Shown here one piece after another: positions 17,899-27,798 of a DNA stretch of 48,671 bases (position 1 is the first letter of the stretch; the number at the start of each line of letters is the position of its first letter). Both the position numbers and the translations under genes were made by a program. The notes beneath the pieces were generated by a model. The model saw only the letters and a program-made list of their open reading frames with translations. It made no database searches and had not been told where the DNA came from. The DNA comes from an uncultured Methanosarcinales archaeon (lineage in GTDB: Archaea; Nanobdellota; Nanobdellia; Woesearchaeales; UBA12501): positions 1 to 48,671 of the forward strand of contig CAYNHV010000006.1 of NCBI GenBank assembly GCA_964397315.1, written 5' to 3'.

Positions 17899-20541
17899 CT
17901 ACTCTCCAATAACCTGCTCAATTATCCTCTTGACATTTACTGAACCGCCTTCGCTTTTTGAGACGTCAGTCCCGTCCTCGCCGTAAGTGAACTGCACAAT
18001 TCTTCCGCTGGCATCCCTCACAGTGCTGTCATACTCTACCTTGAGGTCCTGCATTGAGTTGGCGAGCCTCCTGTAGAGGTATCCTGATTTTGGGGTTCTC
18101 AAGGCAGTGTCCATCAGCGAATCCCTCCCCGTCATTGCGGCAAAGAAGAATTCAGCAGGTTTCAGACCCTTCTTGAACCCGTTCCTGATGAAGCCGTGGG
18201 CCTCGGGAGAGAGATCATTCTGCCTGAAAGAGGAAAGCGTCCTGTTCGTGAAACCAAGGCCTATCCTTCTTCCCCTCAGGGCCTGCTGGCCCACGCATGC
18301 CGCCATCTGGGCCATGTTGATTGGGTTGCCTCTGGCTCCGCTGTCAGCCATTATGAATGTTCCCCTGTCCTTGGACGCGTGCTTGAGCACTATGTTTCCA
18401 GCGTCATTTCTTGCCCTGTTGAGTATCTCAAGTATCTTAAGCTCAAGGGTTTCCATGACTGTCTTGCCGGGGAATGCCTCAAGCTCTTTCTTGCGGTACT
18501 TGTCAATGAGCTTCTCTATCTCATCCTCTGCCTTCATAAGTATGTCCTCAACATCATTTTCTGCAACTTCAGGAATATCAACGTCAGAAAGGCTTGTGGT
18601 AAAGCCTCTCATGAGAAGAACCTGTATTCCGAGCCTGAAGATGTTGCCGAGCACTTTTATTGTTGCTTCCTTGCCGTATTTCTTGTGGATGTTCCTTAGT
18701 AAAAGGCCTGCTCCCTGCCCAAGGTTTGCAGAGTCCATCACCCCCTCTGTCAGGAAACCGTCTTTTATGACAACCCTTGAGTTTGTCTCGCATTTGTTCT
18801 TCCTGAAGTTCTCGCATTCCACGCACGGCTTTGATTTTGACCTGCATGTTTTTGATCTTCCCATGAAATTAAACCCTTCAGGGATTATAACGCTGAATAC
18901 CTCCCTGCCGTCAATGGTTTTCTTGTTGGGAAGTTTTGAGAAGTCCGAGATGCCTGCTGAGCAGAGGAGCTGCACTGCTTTCTCCCTTGACAGCTCCATT
19001 CCGCTGGTCAGAAGATAGTTGCCTGATACTGCGTCCTGTATGCAGCCTATTACGCTGAGGCCGTACCTCGGGCTTATCAGCTGGGTTTCAATCATCATGA
19101 GAATCTCTGCTTCTGACCTTGCCTCTTCTGTCTGGGGAACGTGTATGTTCATCTCGTCCCCGTCAAAGTCCGCATTGTATGGATGGCATACCGCAGGGTT
19201 AAGCCTGAACGTCTTTGAAGGCAGCACCTTGACCTTGTGGGCCATCATTGACATCCTGTGAAGGGATGGCTGCCTGTTGAATATCACAACATCCCCGTCC
19301 ATCAGGTGCCTTTCAACAATGTATCCCGGCTGGAGCTCCTCAAGTATCTGCTCATGGGTGTCATCAGTTATCTTTTTCTTTTTGCCGTCAGGCCTTATCA
19401 CATAGTTGGCTCCGGGGTAATTCCTTGGCCCCCTCTCCAGGTATTTCAGAAGATACTCCTTATTCCACTCAGTAACCCTTTCAGGCACTGTGAGCTTTGT
19501 AGCCACAACAAATGGTATGCCTACCTCGTTAAGGTCTATCATGGGGTCAGGGCTTATGACTGTTCTTGAGGAGAAGTTGGTCCTTTTTCCCGCAAGATTG
19601 TGCCTTATCCTTCCCTCCTTGCTTTTTATCCTCTCTGTTATTGTCTTCAATGGCTGTCCTGACCTGTGCCGCGCTGGAGGGAGCTGCGCGATGTTGTTGT
19701 CAAAGAAGGTGGTGACGTGATACTGGAGCAGGTCCCACAGGTCCTCTATTATTATCTCAGGGGCTCCTGCATTGATGTTTTCAAAAAGCCGCTGGTTTAT
19801 CCTCACTATGTCCCCCAGCTTGTGGGTGAGGTCATCTTCGCTTCTCTCCCCTGACTCAAGGGTTATGGAAGGCCTCATTGTCACAGGAGGTATGGCCATT
19901 ACAGTCAGGACTGTCCACTCAGGCCTTGCTACATTAGGATTCATGCCGAAGATGTAGCAGTCCTCATCAGGAATTTTCTCAAGCCTTGACCTTATCTCAA
20001 TGGGTGAGAGCCTCTTCTCTGCCTCGTATATCGTGTATGGCTTATCAAGGGTTATCTTCTGCTGCCTTGCCTTGCAGTGCGGGCACTTGTTGATTGTCTT
20101 CAGGTTTGAGATTATTTCCCTCACCCTCTTTCTTCTCGCGTCAAAGCTCTGCTGCTGCTCTATCTCAGTAAGCTCCTGGGTGTACTTGTCAATCTTGTTC
20201 TTTGGTATGAGAACCTTGCCGCACTCCTTGCAGGTGCATCTCAGAAGGTTGAGTATGAGGCCCATGAACTTCACGTGAATGACAGGCCTTGCCAGCTCTA
20301 TGTAGCCGAAGTGGCCTATGCACTCCTTGAGCTTTGAGCCGCAGGTCTTGCACTTCAGGCCGGGATCAATAACTCCTAGCCTTATGTCCATCAGTCCGCC
20401 GTCAACAGGATAGCCCTCCTTGTCATAAAGCTCCGGCGTAACGACCTTGGCAACAGACATCTTTTTTATTATTGTGGGGCTGAGAAGTCCGAAGTCTATC
20501 TCGCTCACCTTCTTGTATGTGAATCTTTCTCTTTCTGGCAT
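17899..20541 (-). CDS. rpoA1: RNA polymerase subunit A' (Rpo1N)
   Basis: Catalytic [40 protein letters not shown] 20541 (alternative GTG 20550). Confidence 0.98.
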   Translation of the reverse strand: MPERERFTYKKVSEIDFGLLSPTIIKKMSVAKVVTPELYDKEGYPVDGGLMDIRLGVIDPGLKCKTCGSKLKECIGHFGYIELARPVIHVKFMGLILNLLRCTCKECGKVLIPKNKIDKYTQELTEIEQQQSFDARRKRVREIISNLKTINKCPHCKARQQKITLDKPYTIYEAEKRLSPIEIRSRLEKIPDEDCYIFGMNPNVARPEWTVLTVMAIPPVTMRPSITLESGERSEDDLTHKLGDIVRINQRLFENINAGAPEIIIEDLWDLLQYHVTTFFDNNIAQLPPARHRSGQPLKTITERIKSKEGRIRHNLAGKRTNFSSRTVISPDPMIDLNEVGIPFVVATKLTVPERVTEWNKEYLLKYLERGPRNYPGANYVIRPDGKKKKITDDTHEQILEELQPGYIVERHLMDGDVVIFNRQPSLHRMSMMAHKVKVLPSKTFRLNPAVCHPYNADFDGDEMNIHVPQTEEARSEAEILMMIETQLISPRYGLSVIGCIQDAVSGNYLLTSGMELSREKAVQLLCSAGISDFSKLPNKKTIDGREVFSVIIPEGFNFMGRSKTCRSKSKPCVECENFRKNKCETNSRVVIKDGFLTEGVMDSANLGQGAGLLLRNIHKKYGKEATIKVLGNIFRLGIQVLLMRGFTTSLSDVDIPEVAENDVEDILMKAEDEIEKLIDKYRKKELEAFPGKTVMETLELKILEILNRARNDAGNIVLKHASKDRGTFIMADSGARGNPINMAQMAACVGQQALRGRRIGLGFTNRTLSSFRQNDLSPEAHGFIRNGFKKGLKPAEFFFAAMTGRDSLMDTALRTPKSGYLYRRLANSMQDLKVEYDSTVRDASGRIVQFTYGEDGTDVSKSEGGSVNVKRIIEQVIGE

Positions 20542-20550
20542 TATTATCAC

Positions 20551-22353
20551 TCAGTATTTTGTCTTAAGCTTCATCCTTGGATACACGCCGAGGGACTTGA
20601 ACTCGTCAAGTATGAGCTTGAACGCGTAGGATATCTCCACGTCTGTTATCTCCACATTGTCTCCGCAGATGGGGCAGAACCTTGCGTCCTTGAACTCATT
20701 GTATATAGCTATTGTTCCGCAGCTCTCGCACACCGGAACTATTGACCTGTCAGAGTCAAACCTTTCCTTCAGGAGAAGCGAGGCTCCGTGGGCCACGAAC
20801 GTGTCCTTCTCCATCTCTCCAAGCCTGAGGCCGCCCTCTTTTGCCCTTCCCTCTGTTGGCTGCCTGGTGAGAAGCTGGATGGGCCCTCTGGCTCTTGCGT
20901 GCAGCTTGTTCGCCACCATGTGCTTGAGCTTCATGTAGTACATATCTCCGATGAATATCCTGGCATGATACTGCTCTCCTGTCTCCCCGTCATACATGGT
21001 CTCTGTTCCGTTCTCCCTGAAACCCAAGGAGAGCAGCTCCTCCCTCAGCTTGTCTTCAGGCTCTGAATCAAACGTTGTGCCGTCAACGTACCTTCCAGCA
21101 AGGCTTCCCACCTTGCCTCCCAGCAGTTCTATCATATGGGATATAGTCATTCTTGACGGAAGCCCGTGGGGCGAGAATATGAGGTCAGGGGTGATTCCTG
21201 AGGCTGTGAAGGGCATGTCCTCCTGCGGAACAATAAGCCCGACAATTCCCTTCTGCCCGTGCCTTGAAGTGAACTTGTCTCCAAGCTCGGGAATTCTCTG
21301 GTCCCTCAGCCTTACCTGCACCAGCTTGTTCCCCTCCTCGTTCTCTGTTATAAGCACAAAATCAACTATTCCCCTCTCTCCGTGCTTCATGGTGAATGAG
21401 CTTTCCCTTCTTGTGCCTGCTGTGAGGCTGTATTCATCCACGCTGCTGAGGAATCTTGGAGGCGAGGTTTTTCCTATGACAACATCACCTTCCTGCACTT
21501 CTGCCTCAGGGTGTATTATGCCGTCATCCTCAAGAAACCTGTAATCCTTCTCAGACTTATACCCCTTGACGTCCTTGTCAGGTATGTTTATCTCGTCTGT
21601 GAGGCCTCCGGCATACCTCAGCTCTTCAACTATGGCTGGCCTGTAATAAGAGCTCCTTCCAAAGCCCCTGTCCACAGAACCCTTGTTTATGACAATGGCG
21701 TCCTCCATGTTGTATCCCTTGTAGCTCATCACAGCCACCACTATGTTCTGGCCTGAAGGGTGCTTGTCATACCCGAACACGTCATTGGCAACTGTCTGCA
21801 CCACAGGAACGTGGGGTGAGTTAAGAAGGTTCACATCCATGTCCATCCTCACGGAAAAATTGGCTGTGTAGAATCCCAGGGCCTGCTTCTGGTTTTTTGC
21901 CCCCATGCTGATCCTTGCTCCCGGGCTGTGGTTTGCATAAGGAACAAGCGAAGCGCACAGCCCCAGCATCTCTATTGGAGCTATCTCCAGGTGCGTGTGG
22001 TTCTTTGTAAGCTCATCAGGAGTGAACGCAACAAGAGCTGACTCCTCCTCATTAGCGTCAAGATATTCTATGATCCCCTGGCTTACAAGATCCTTGAATG
22101 ATATCTCTTTCTTCTCAAGCTGCTCCATGTGCTTCTCAGTAAGCAGGGGCTTGCCGTCTTTCACAATTATGAGAGGCCTCCTCACCCTGCCTTTTGAGTT
22201 GTCTATCATTATCTCGTCTCTCTGCCTGTCATAGTTCACGTTCATGTTGAAGGAGGTCTCGCCCTTCCTTCTTGAGTCTATCATCTCCTGAGTGAATTTC
22301 TCAGGCTCATTGACATAGCCCACGAATTTGCTGTTAAGGTATACTTCTGTCAT
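20551..22353 (-). CDS. rpoB1: RNA polymerase subunit B' (Rpo2C)
   Basis: GYNMEDA, GDKFTSRHGQKG, GGLRLGEME, C-terminal zinc finger. Confidence 0.98.
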   Translation of the reverse strand: MTEVYLNSKFVGYVNEPEKFTQEMIDSRRKGETSFNMNVNYDRQRDEIMIDNSKGRVRRPLIIVKDGKPLLTEKHMEQLEKKEISFKDLVSQGIIEYLDANEEESALVAFTPDELTKNHTHLEIAPIEMLGLCASLVPYANHSPGARISMGAKNQKQALGFYTANFSVRMDMDVNLLNSPHVPVVQTVANDVFGYDKHPSGQNIVVAVMSYKGYNMEDAIVINKGSVDRGFGRSSYYRPAIVEELRYAGGLTDEINIPDKDVKGYKSEKDYRFLEDDGIIHPEAEVQEGDVVIGKTSPPRFLSSVDEYSLTAGTRRESSFTMKHGERGIVDFVLITENEEGNKLVQVRLRDQRIPELGDKFTSRHGQKGIVGLIVPQEDMPFTASGITPDLIFSPHGLPSRMTISHMIELLGGKVGSLAGRYVDGTTFDSEPEDKLREELLSLGFRENGTETMYDGETGEQYHARIFIGDMYYMKLKHMVANKLHARARGPIQLLTRQPTEGRAKEGGLRLGEMEKDTFVAHGASLLLKERFDSDRSIVPVCESCGTIAIYNEFKDARFCPICGDNVEITDVEISYAFKLILDEFKSLGVYPRMKLKTKY

Positions 22354-23837
22354 TTTACCTGCTCCAGTCCTTTTGATTTTAATGTCTTGAGTATGCTCTC
22401 CTCTGCCTCATCGCCGGATATTCCGGCGAGCAGGGAAAGGTTCTTCCTCAGGCCTATGTTTGTTCCCTCAGGTGTCTCCACAGGGCAGAGCCGTCCTATG
22501 TGGGTTGGGTGCAGGCCTCTTGCCTCAAAGTTCTCCTGCGAGGAGCTCAACGGGCTGACAACCCTCTGCAGGTGGCTTGTGGTCTCAAGAAAGTTCAGCC
22601 TTTGTATCCTCTGGCTTATTCCCTTTCTTGCTCCGACCCATGAGCCTGTGGCCATTGAGCTGTAGATTCTTGAGGTGAGGAGCTTGTCCCTTATTATCAC
22701 CTTTATTGAGGGGAACTTGCCTCTCTTGACTATTCTCTGGAAGTTGTACAGCAGGTCTCCCACAAGAACTTTCAGGTTGACCCTGAAAAGGTCTGCGAGC
22801 AGCTCCCCGCTCAGCTTGAGCCTCTTGTTCATGTAATGGTCCTTGTCGTCAACATTAACTTCCTTGTTTGAAACAACAATGAATTTCCTGAGAAGCTTGC
22901 ATAGGTTGTATGCCTTGAATATCCTGTCTTTCTTCTCAGTTCCTATGTGAGGAAGGAGATACCTGTCTATGATCTCCTCCATCTTTTCTATTCTTACCTC
23001 CTTGGACTGGGTTATGCCTATCCTCTTGGCTGTGTAATCCATGGCATCCTCAGAGTTTTTTATGTCAACAAACTCATAGAGGTTTATGAGCAGCTCGTCA
23101 AACTGCCTCTCTGACGAGACAAACTTGACAATCTCCTCATCCTTTACCAGCCCGAGGGCTTTCAGCAGCACAACCACAGGCATTCTCCTGACCCTGGTGA
23201 ATGTAAGATAGAAAAGGCCGTCCTTCATCTTCTCAAGTGTGTGGGGAATCTTGAAAGAGCCTTTCTCTGAAAAAAGCTTCCCTATGTATTCTGAGACGCC
23301 CATGGATGTCTTCTCAACCAGCATCTTGTTCGCTGCAAGGTCCTCAACAGAGATGAGCACTTTCTCGCTGCCGTTTATTATGAAGTACCCCCCAGGATCA
23401 TCGGGGTCCTCGCCGTGCTTTATGAGGTCCTCCCCGCTCATGTTCCGCAGGTGGCAGTACTTTGACTTCAGCATTATTGGAAGGCTTCCTATCTGGGTTT
23501 TGAAAAGCTCCCTCTGGACACCGTTTATGTGGGCGCTCACTTCAATGAACACAGGAGCTGCATATGTTATCTTTCTCATCCTGGCCTCAACAGGGTATAT
23601 GTTCTTCTTTGAGCCGTCAGCCTCTGTTATGGTGGGCTTCTCAAGCCATATCCTGTCAAACTTTATCTTGAACTCATCCACGTTGTGGGGTATTATGGTG
23701 GGCTCTATCTCCTTGTTCTCCTCTATTATCTGCTGGAGCTCGTTCTCCACAAAATTGTCAAAAGATGCTATGTCAGAGTTCACTATGCTGTGCTCTTCAA
23801 AGAATTTTCTTATCAACAGAGAGGACTGCTTATCCAT
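22350..23837 (-). CDS. rpoB2: RNA polymerase subunit B'' (Rpo2N)
   Basis: GGYFIINGSE, DDKDHYMNKR, GRLCPVETPEG. Confidence 0.98.
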   Translation of the reverse strand: MDKQSSLLIRKFFEEHSIVNSDIASFDNFVENELQQIIEENKEIEPTIIPHNVDEFKIKFDRIWLEKPTITEADGSKKNIYPVEARMRKITYAAPVFIEVSAHINGVQRELFKTQIGSLPIMLKSKYCHLRNMSGEDLIKHGEDPDDPGGYFIINGSEKVLISVEDLAANKMLVEKTSMGVSEYIGKLFSEKGSFKIPHTLEKMKDGLFYLTFTRVRRMPVVVLLKALGLVKDEEIVKFVSSERQFDELLINLYEFVDIKNSEDAMDYTAKRIGITQSKEVRIEKMEEIIDRYLLPHIGTEKKDRIFKAYNLCKLLRKFIVVSNKEVNVDDKDHYMNKRLKLSGELLADLFRVNLKVLVGDLLYNFQRIVKRGKFPSIKVIIRDKLLTSRIYSSMATGSWVGARKGISQRIQRLNFLETTSHLQRVVSPLSSSQENFEARGLHPTHIGRLCPVETPEGTNIGLRKNLSLLAGISGDEAEESILKTLKSKGLEQVK

Positions 23838-24075
23838 TGATTACCACCCTATAAAACAGCGTCTCCCCCGCAGTGGGGCTTTTCCTGCTTATCTTGATCA
23901 CGTCTCCTGCAGACACGTCAAGGTCTGCTATGGCTGGGTCGCTCTTCAGAATTTTGGGCAGCTCCCTTGAGGTTGAGTTGTATCTCTTCAGGAGCTCGGA
24001 TTTCTCCTTCTCGTTCAGCTTTGTGTGCTTGGGAACAAGTATATGCTTTGACACGTCTATTTTTGTTTTAGCCAC
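23830..24075 (-). CDS. rpoH: RNA polymerase subunit H (Rpo5)
   Basis: HILVPKH, LPKI..SDP, GDVIKI.RKS.TAG...YR.V; GTG 24075 after GGGGAG. Confidence 0.95.
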   Translation of the reverse strand: MAKTKIDVSKHILVPKHTKLNEKEKSELLKRYNSTSRELPKILKSDPAIADLDVSAGDVIKISRKSPTAGETLFYRVVING

Positions 24076-24134
24076 ATTCTCCCCCTGCCTGTGCTGTTGC
24101 GCATCTTCCAAAACTGATTACAGCCTCTGACCCT

Positions 24135-24307
24135 CTAACCATAAAGCGGGCCTGAAGGGATTTGGAACCAAGGGTCTTCTTCCTTGACCCAGCAGTCAAG
24201 TGGGGTATTGCCCGCCCTGCTCGCAAACCCCACGAATCACCTTCAAACTGCTTTCACTCTTCGCTTACCTCACGCCCCTAACCATAAAGCGGGCCTGAAG
24301 GGATTTG
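24135..24307. repeat. 30-bp direct repeat of the tRNA-Lys 3' end and trailer flanking a 113-bp hairpin-rich insert
   Basis: CTAACCATAAAGCGGGCCTGAAGGGATTTG at 24135-24164 and 24278-24307. Confidence 0.9.
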
Positions 24308-24393
24308 AACCCCTGACCACTTGATGTCTGCCCTTTGCCTGATTAAAAGTTTCACCATGGCTCAAGTGCTCTACCAGGCTGAGCTACAGGCCC
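24290..24393 (-). tRNA. tRNA-Lys(UUU) with two introns (30/31: 24351-24362; 37/38: 24326-24343)
   Basis: Acceptor GGGCCTG/CAGGCCC, D arm GCTC/GAGC, T loop TTCAAAT; removing both inserts gives CTTGA-CTTTTAA-TCAAG. Confidence 0.88.
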
Positions 24394-24395
24394 AA

Positions 24396-24541
24396 CGCCC
24401 TGGCCGGGAAATTCCACAGTCTCAAAAGCTAAAAAAGCCTTTTAAGCCTTGTTTTTCTTATCAACGTCTTTTGAGCCGTTTTTGAACCCGGGTCAAAGCC
24501 TCGACAGGGCTTTATGCTAGACCGGACTACACTACCAGGGC
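24396..24541 (-). tRNA. tRNA-Asp(GUC) with a 71-nt T-loop intron (59/60: 24410-24480)
   Basis: Acceptor GCCCTGG/CCAGGGC, anticodon arm AAGCC-CTGTCGA-GGCTT, T arm CCGGG-TTCAAA^T-CCCGG; 2 nt from tRNA-Lys. Confidence 0.9.
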
Positions 24542-24672
24542 ATTTTTTACTAAAATGGCGTAAATCCCCCTATAAGCTAAAACAAAGGTGTCTAAAGCTT
24601 TATTTGCCTATAGAAAGATTGATGGGCCATATCTGCAAGAAAATTTCTCTATTTATAAATATTACGATATAC

Positions 24673-24753
24673 GGGTGCTGTAAGTTAAGTTCCAAATGAG
24701 GTGCTGCGCTTATTTGGCAGATGGCTTCCAAGACATCCAACTTGACAGCACCC
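24673..24753. mobile_element. 81-bp MITE-like element
   Basis: TIRs GGGTGCTGT-AAGTT / AACTT-G-ACAGCACCC; flanking direct repeat GATATAC (24666-24672, 24754-24760); internal hairpin CCAAATGAG/CTTATTTGG. Confidence 0.7.
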
Positions 24754-24808
24754 GATATACAGGATACACAAGAGGTTGTTAAAAAGTCATTAAAGGATAG
24801 AAAAACAA

Positions 24809-24957
24809 TCCCCGCTCCCGGATTTTCGCAGTAAGCAGTTCCTGCCCATGCCTCGAACCGGGAACACCATGGTAACGGCTGAGTGTTTTTCATCCAGTCT
24901 TTACAGATAGTCTAACACTTTCTACAGCCATGTGCTCTACCATTGAGCTAAGCGGGG
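24809..24957 (-). tRNA. tRNA-Tyr(GUA) with two introns (37/38: 24874-24921; 59/60: 24823-24851)
   Basis: Acceptor CCCCGCT/AGCGGGG, anticodon arm CATGG-CTGTAG^A-CCATG, T arm CCCGG-TTCGAG^T-CCGGG with central helix TTCG/CGAA. Confidence 0.9.
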
Positions 24958-25184
24958 TGATTTTGAAGGATTTCAGCACATTTATAAATATTTTGTATCA
25001 GATTATTAATGGGTTGTTAATGTCTCACAGTATCTCACAGAGATTCCTGGCTGCCTTCATCGCAGGCAAGGCAGTTTGTATTTGTCCCAACCCCGTCATA
25101 AATTTACCATTTTGGAATAGAAAAAACAGTAAAATATAAATAGTAAAATGCGATTTAAGGGCATAAGTAAGATGAAAAGGTGAT

Positions 25185-25925
25185 ATGATGGAAACCCCAA
25201 CAAGAACTTTGTTCTGCATTCTTGTCTTAGGAGCTATAGTGATTTTCAGTGGATGCACATACCAGCCAGAGACAAATGAAACAGGCGACGTGTCATATAT
25301 CAGTGAGGATGTTGAGAACGCCTCTCTGACAGAAGACACACAAGGCAAGGATACATCAGAAACAGTGGAAAAGAGTTCAGGAGACAAGGACAAGACAGAG
25401 AAGGATGAGAAGCCCGCTTCAACACCCAACAAGATAACAGTGTATGAGGGAGAGCTTGTGGAGCTCAAGGTTAAAGGGACTGATCCTGACGGAGACAAGG
25501 TCACTTACTCATTCAGCCAGCCGCTTAATGACAATGGAAAGTGGCAGACTGAAGAGGGAGATGCAGGAGAGTATCTTGTGACTGTAACAGCTTCAGACGG
25601 AAAGACCCAGACCTCAAAGACCCTGAAGATAGAGGTGCTCTCAAGGAACAACCCTCCTAAGATGGATCCTATAGAGGATATAAGGGTGAAGGAAGGAGAG
25701 ACCATCAGCCTGAGCCCCAATGTTGTTGATCCTGACGGAGACGAAGTTACAGTAGAATACTCAGGATGGATGACCTCAGCGACAAAGAAAACAGGCTATG
25801 ATGACGCGGGAGAGCACACAGTAACTGTAACAGCAAGCGACGGAGAAACCCAGGTGCAGCAGAAAGTGAACATTGAAGTGACTGATGTCAACAGGGCTCC
25901 TGAGTTTGAGATTATAGTGAGCTGA
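25185..25925 (+). CDS. Secreted/lipoprotein with two Ig-/cadherin-like repeats
   Basis: Signal peptide ending SGC, acidic linker, two repeats V.EGE...DPDGD.VT...DAGE..VTVTASDG...N..P. Confidence 0.75.
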   Translation: MMETPTRTLFCILVLGAIVIFSGCTYQPETNETGDVSYISEDVENASLTEDTQGKDTSETVEKSSGDKDKTEKDEKPASTPNKITVYEGELVELKVKGTDPDGDKVTYSFSQPLNDNGKWQTEEGDAGEYLVTVTASDGKTQTSKTLKIEVLSRNNPPKMDPIEDIRVKEGETISLSPNVVDPDGDEVTVEYSGWMTSATKKTGYDDAGEHTVTVTASDGETQVQQKVNIEVTDVNRAPEFEIIVS

Positions 25926-26002
25926 AAACACTATTGTTTTTTATTTCCACAAAGCCGAAAACTGCAAACCTTCAGGTTGCAGATGAAGGCTTTTGGAAAG
26001 CC

Positions 26003-26083
26003 TAAAAATCCGATATAAGATGCAATCGCCTAACTGAAACATAAATGTTTCAGTTAGGCGATTGCTCGGATTTTTATGATTTT
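26003..26083. repeat. Long palindromic (REP/MITE-like) element between convergent genes
   Basis: Perfect 21-bp arms 26022-26042 / 26045-26065 with outer arms TAAAAATCCGA / TCGGATTTTTA; one arm recurs at 48617-48655. Confidence 0.85.
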
Positions 26084-26216
26084 TCTTTTTTCCTTTCTTT
26101 TTCTGCGACAGCGTAAGTATCGCCCAATATAGCATGAGAAAACAAAAACAGCAGACAGGATTAGCGCTTAAACAGAATCAACAGCACAATGGCAGAATCA
26201 ACGAATCAATTAGGCT

Positions 26217-27683
26217 CTATTTTCCGGCTATGTGAACATCATTGGACCTGACCTTCTGCTGCTTCTTGCCCTTTCTCTTGATTATTACAGCAGCCTTAGG
26301 CAGCTTCAGGCCTCCGAGAATGCTGAGCCTTGACTTGATATAATAATAAACGAGCCTCTCCTCCTTTGCGTCCATGTCAAAGTTCCACTCAAGGGCAAGC
26401 CCTTTATTTGTGTTGACCTTCCTGCTGGGCTTCAGGGTGCCCTCACCATCCTTTTTCTCCACCTGAGCGATCTTGGGTATCAGGTCAATCAGCCTGACAT
26501 CCTTTATCTTCTCGTTCGTCCTGTTCTTTATTGAGATGATAACCTTAAGGTCGTTTATGCCCCCTTCCCTGCCCCCCAGAGAGTCACAGTTCTTTATCAC
26601 TGCCACAGGGTCCCTTGTGTAGATGTACACCACTCCCGCGATTATTATGATAACAAGTATGTAGAAAAGGAGCCTGTAGTTTGTGGTGAGTGTTATGACA
26701 GCGCTCTCATCAGGCTTCAGATTAATGTCCCATGCGTAATAATCATCCCCTTTTCTCTGCACAATCCTTGCGCCGGGCTCGGCTGAGGTGAAAATGCTGT
26801 CAAGCAGGCTTTTCCCAGCCATGAAAGTCTGCTGCTGCTCCACATTATCATCATTAGTAAGGGTTATTTTTGTTGTTCTCTTCAGGAATCCCTCTTCTGT
26901 CTTGTTGCTCTTTTCAAAAGGCATCCTGTAGCCGACAACCTCCATGGGAAACGTTGACCTGTAAAGCTTTTTGCCCTTCTCAGAGACTGTGATTGTCAAG
27001 GTGTCTATGGTGGGAGGGGTTTCTTCATCAAAATCAACAGTAAAGTCCACAACTTTCCTGCTGGACGGCTCAAGCTCAACACTTGCTTCCCTGTTGACAA
27101 GAGAGCTTTCCAGGGACATCTTCAGGTCTTTTATGTCCTTCTGGTTATTGTTGTAGAGGGCAACCTTGAATGAGTAGGTGTTCCTGGGGTCTATGTACCT
27201 GGGAATCCTGGGGCTGACATTGATGTCAGACTCGTAATCAACAGGAATCTCCGAGACAAGGTATACAAGAAGAAGCTCTGTTGCCTTGTTGCCCTTCCTT
27301 AATGACTTCACCCCAAGCTGGACTGAATATGGCTTCAGTGGATTCGGCAATAGTCCCTTGTCCTTGAGAAGAAGCTGGGTTGTCCTGGTATCTCCTGACT
27401 TTATCTTGATGCCCGATGAGTAATCAACTGTTGATGCTGTGAGAACGCTCCACTCAACACCTCCTCCCTTGACTGTGATGACAAAAGTGTCATCCACCAT
27501 CTGCCTGTTGGTTATGGAAACATTGAATGACGCCCACTCTCCGGGAAGAACCTTGTTTCTTACCGGCTCTGCCTTAATTATTATCTTGTCTCCGCTGTCA
27601 TCCAATGCGTGACACACAGGAATAGCAAGAAGAATTACTGCAACTAGGCCCAACAAAAGATTTTTCTGCATTAAGTCAACCAC
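26217..27683 (-). CDS. Membrane-anchored surface protein with beta-rich Ig-like domains (S-layer-associated type)
   Basis: N-terminal signal peptide, beta-strand-rich domains, internal TM helix (LLFYILVIIIIAGVVYIY), C-terminal DLIP..A / LPKA domain. Confidence 0.65.
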   Translation of the reverse strand: MVDLMQKNLLLGLVAVILLAIPVCHALDDSGDKIIIKAEPVRNKVLPGEWASFNVSITNRQMVDDTFVITVKGGGVEWSVLTASTVDYSSGIKIKSGDTRTTQLLLKDKGLLPNPLKPYSVQLGVKSLRKGNKATELLLVYLVSEIPVDYESDINVSPRIPRYIDPRNTYSFKVALYNNNQKDIKDLKMSLESSLVNREASVELEPSSRKVVDFTVDFDEETPPTIDTLTITVSEKGKKLYRSTFPMEVVGYRMPFEKSNKTEEGFLKRTTKITLTNDDNVEQQQTFMAGKSLLDSIFTSAEPGARIVQRKGDDYYAWDINLKPDESAVITLTTNYRLLFYILVIIIIAGVVYIYTRDPVAVIKNCDSLGGREGGINDLKVIISIKNRTNEKIKDVRLIDLIPKIAQVEKKDGEGTLKPSRKVNTNKGLALEWNFDMDAKEERLVYYYIKSRLSILGGLKLPKAAVIIKRKGKKQQKVRSNDVHIAGK

Positions 27684-27798
27684 CTTTTTAAGCCTGTAAT
27701 ATCAAATACTAGTATTTAAATGTTTTTATTGGCCTTGAAGCCCTGAAGGCAGATATCAAAGGCTAATATTTATAAAGCAGAATTGTTTTCAGACTCTT

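Noticed and set aside
18780..18850. Cys-rich insert in RpoA' ([11 protein letters not shown]...C)
   Set aside because: Similar Cys clusters occur at this position in other archaeal Rpo1N proteins; too short for an intein
18107..19018. Long antisense ORFs (e.g. 18107-19018, 23239-23970, 39863-40612)
   Set aside because: Shadows of conserved genes on the opposite strand; Ser/Leu/Phe-rich with no motifs
24355..24361. Reading the tRNA at 24290-24393 as tRNA-Met(CAT)
   Set aside because: Loop would be GC-CAT-GG without U33; the segment fits a 30/31 intron and its removal gives a canonical Lys(UUU) loop
24673..24753. Possible 5S rRNA between tRNA genes
   Set aside because: Too short, lacks the CCGAAC motif, and is better explained as a TIR/TSD element
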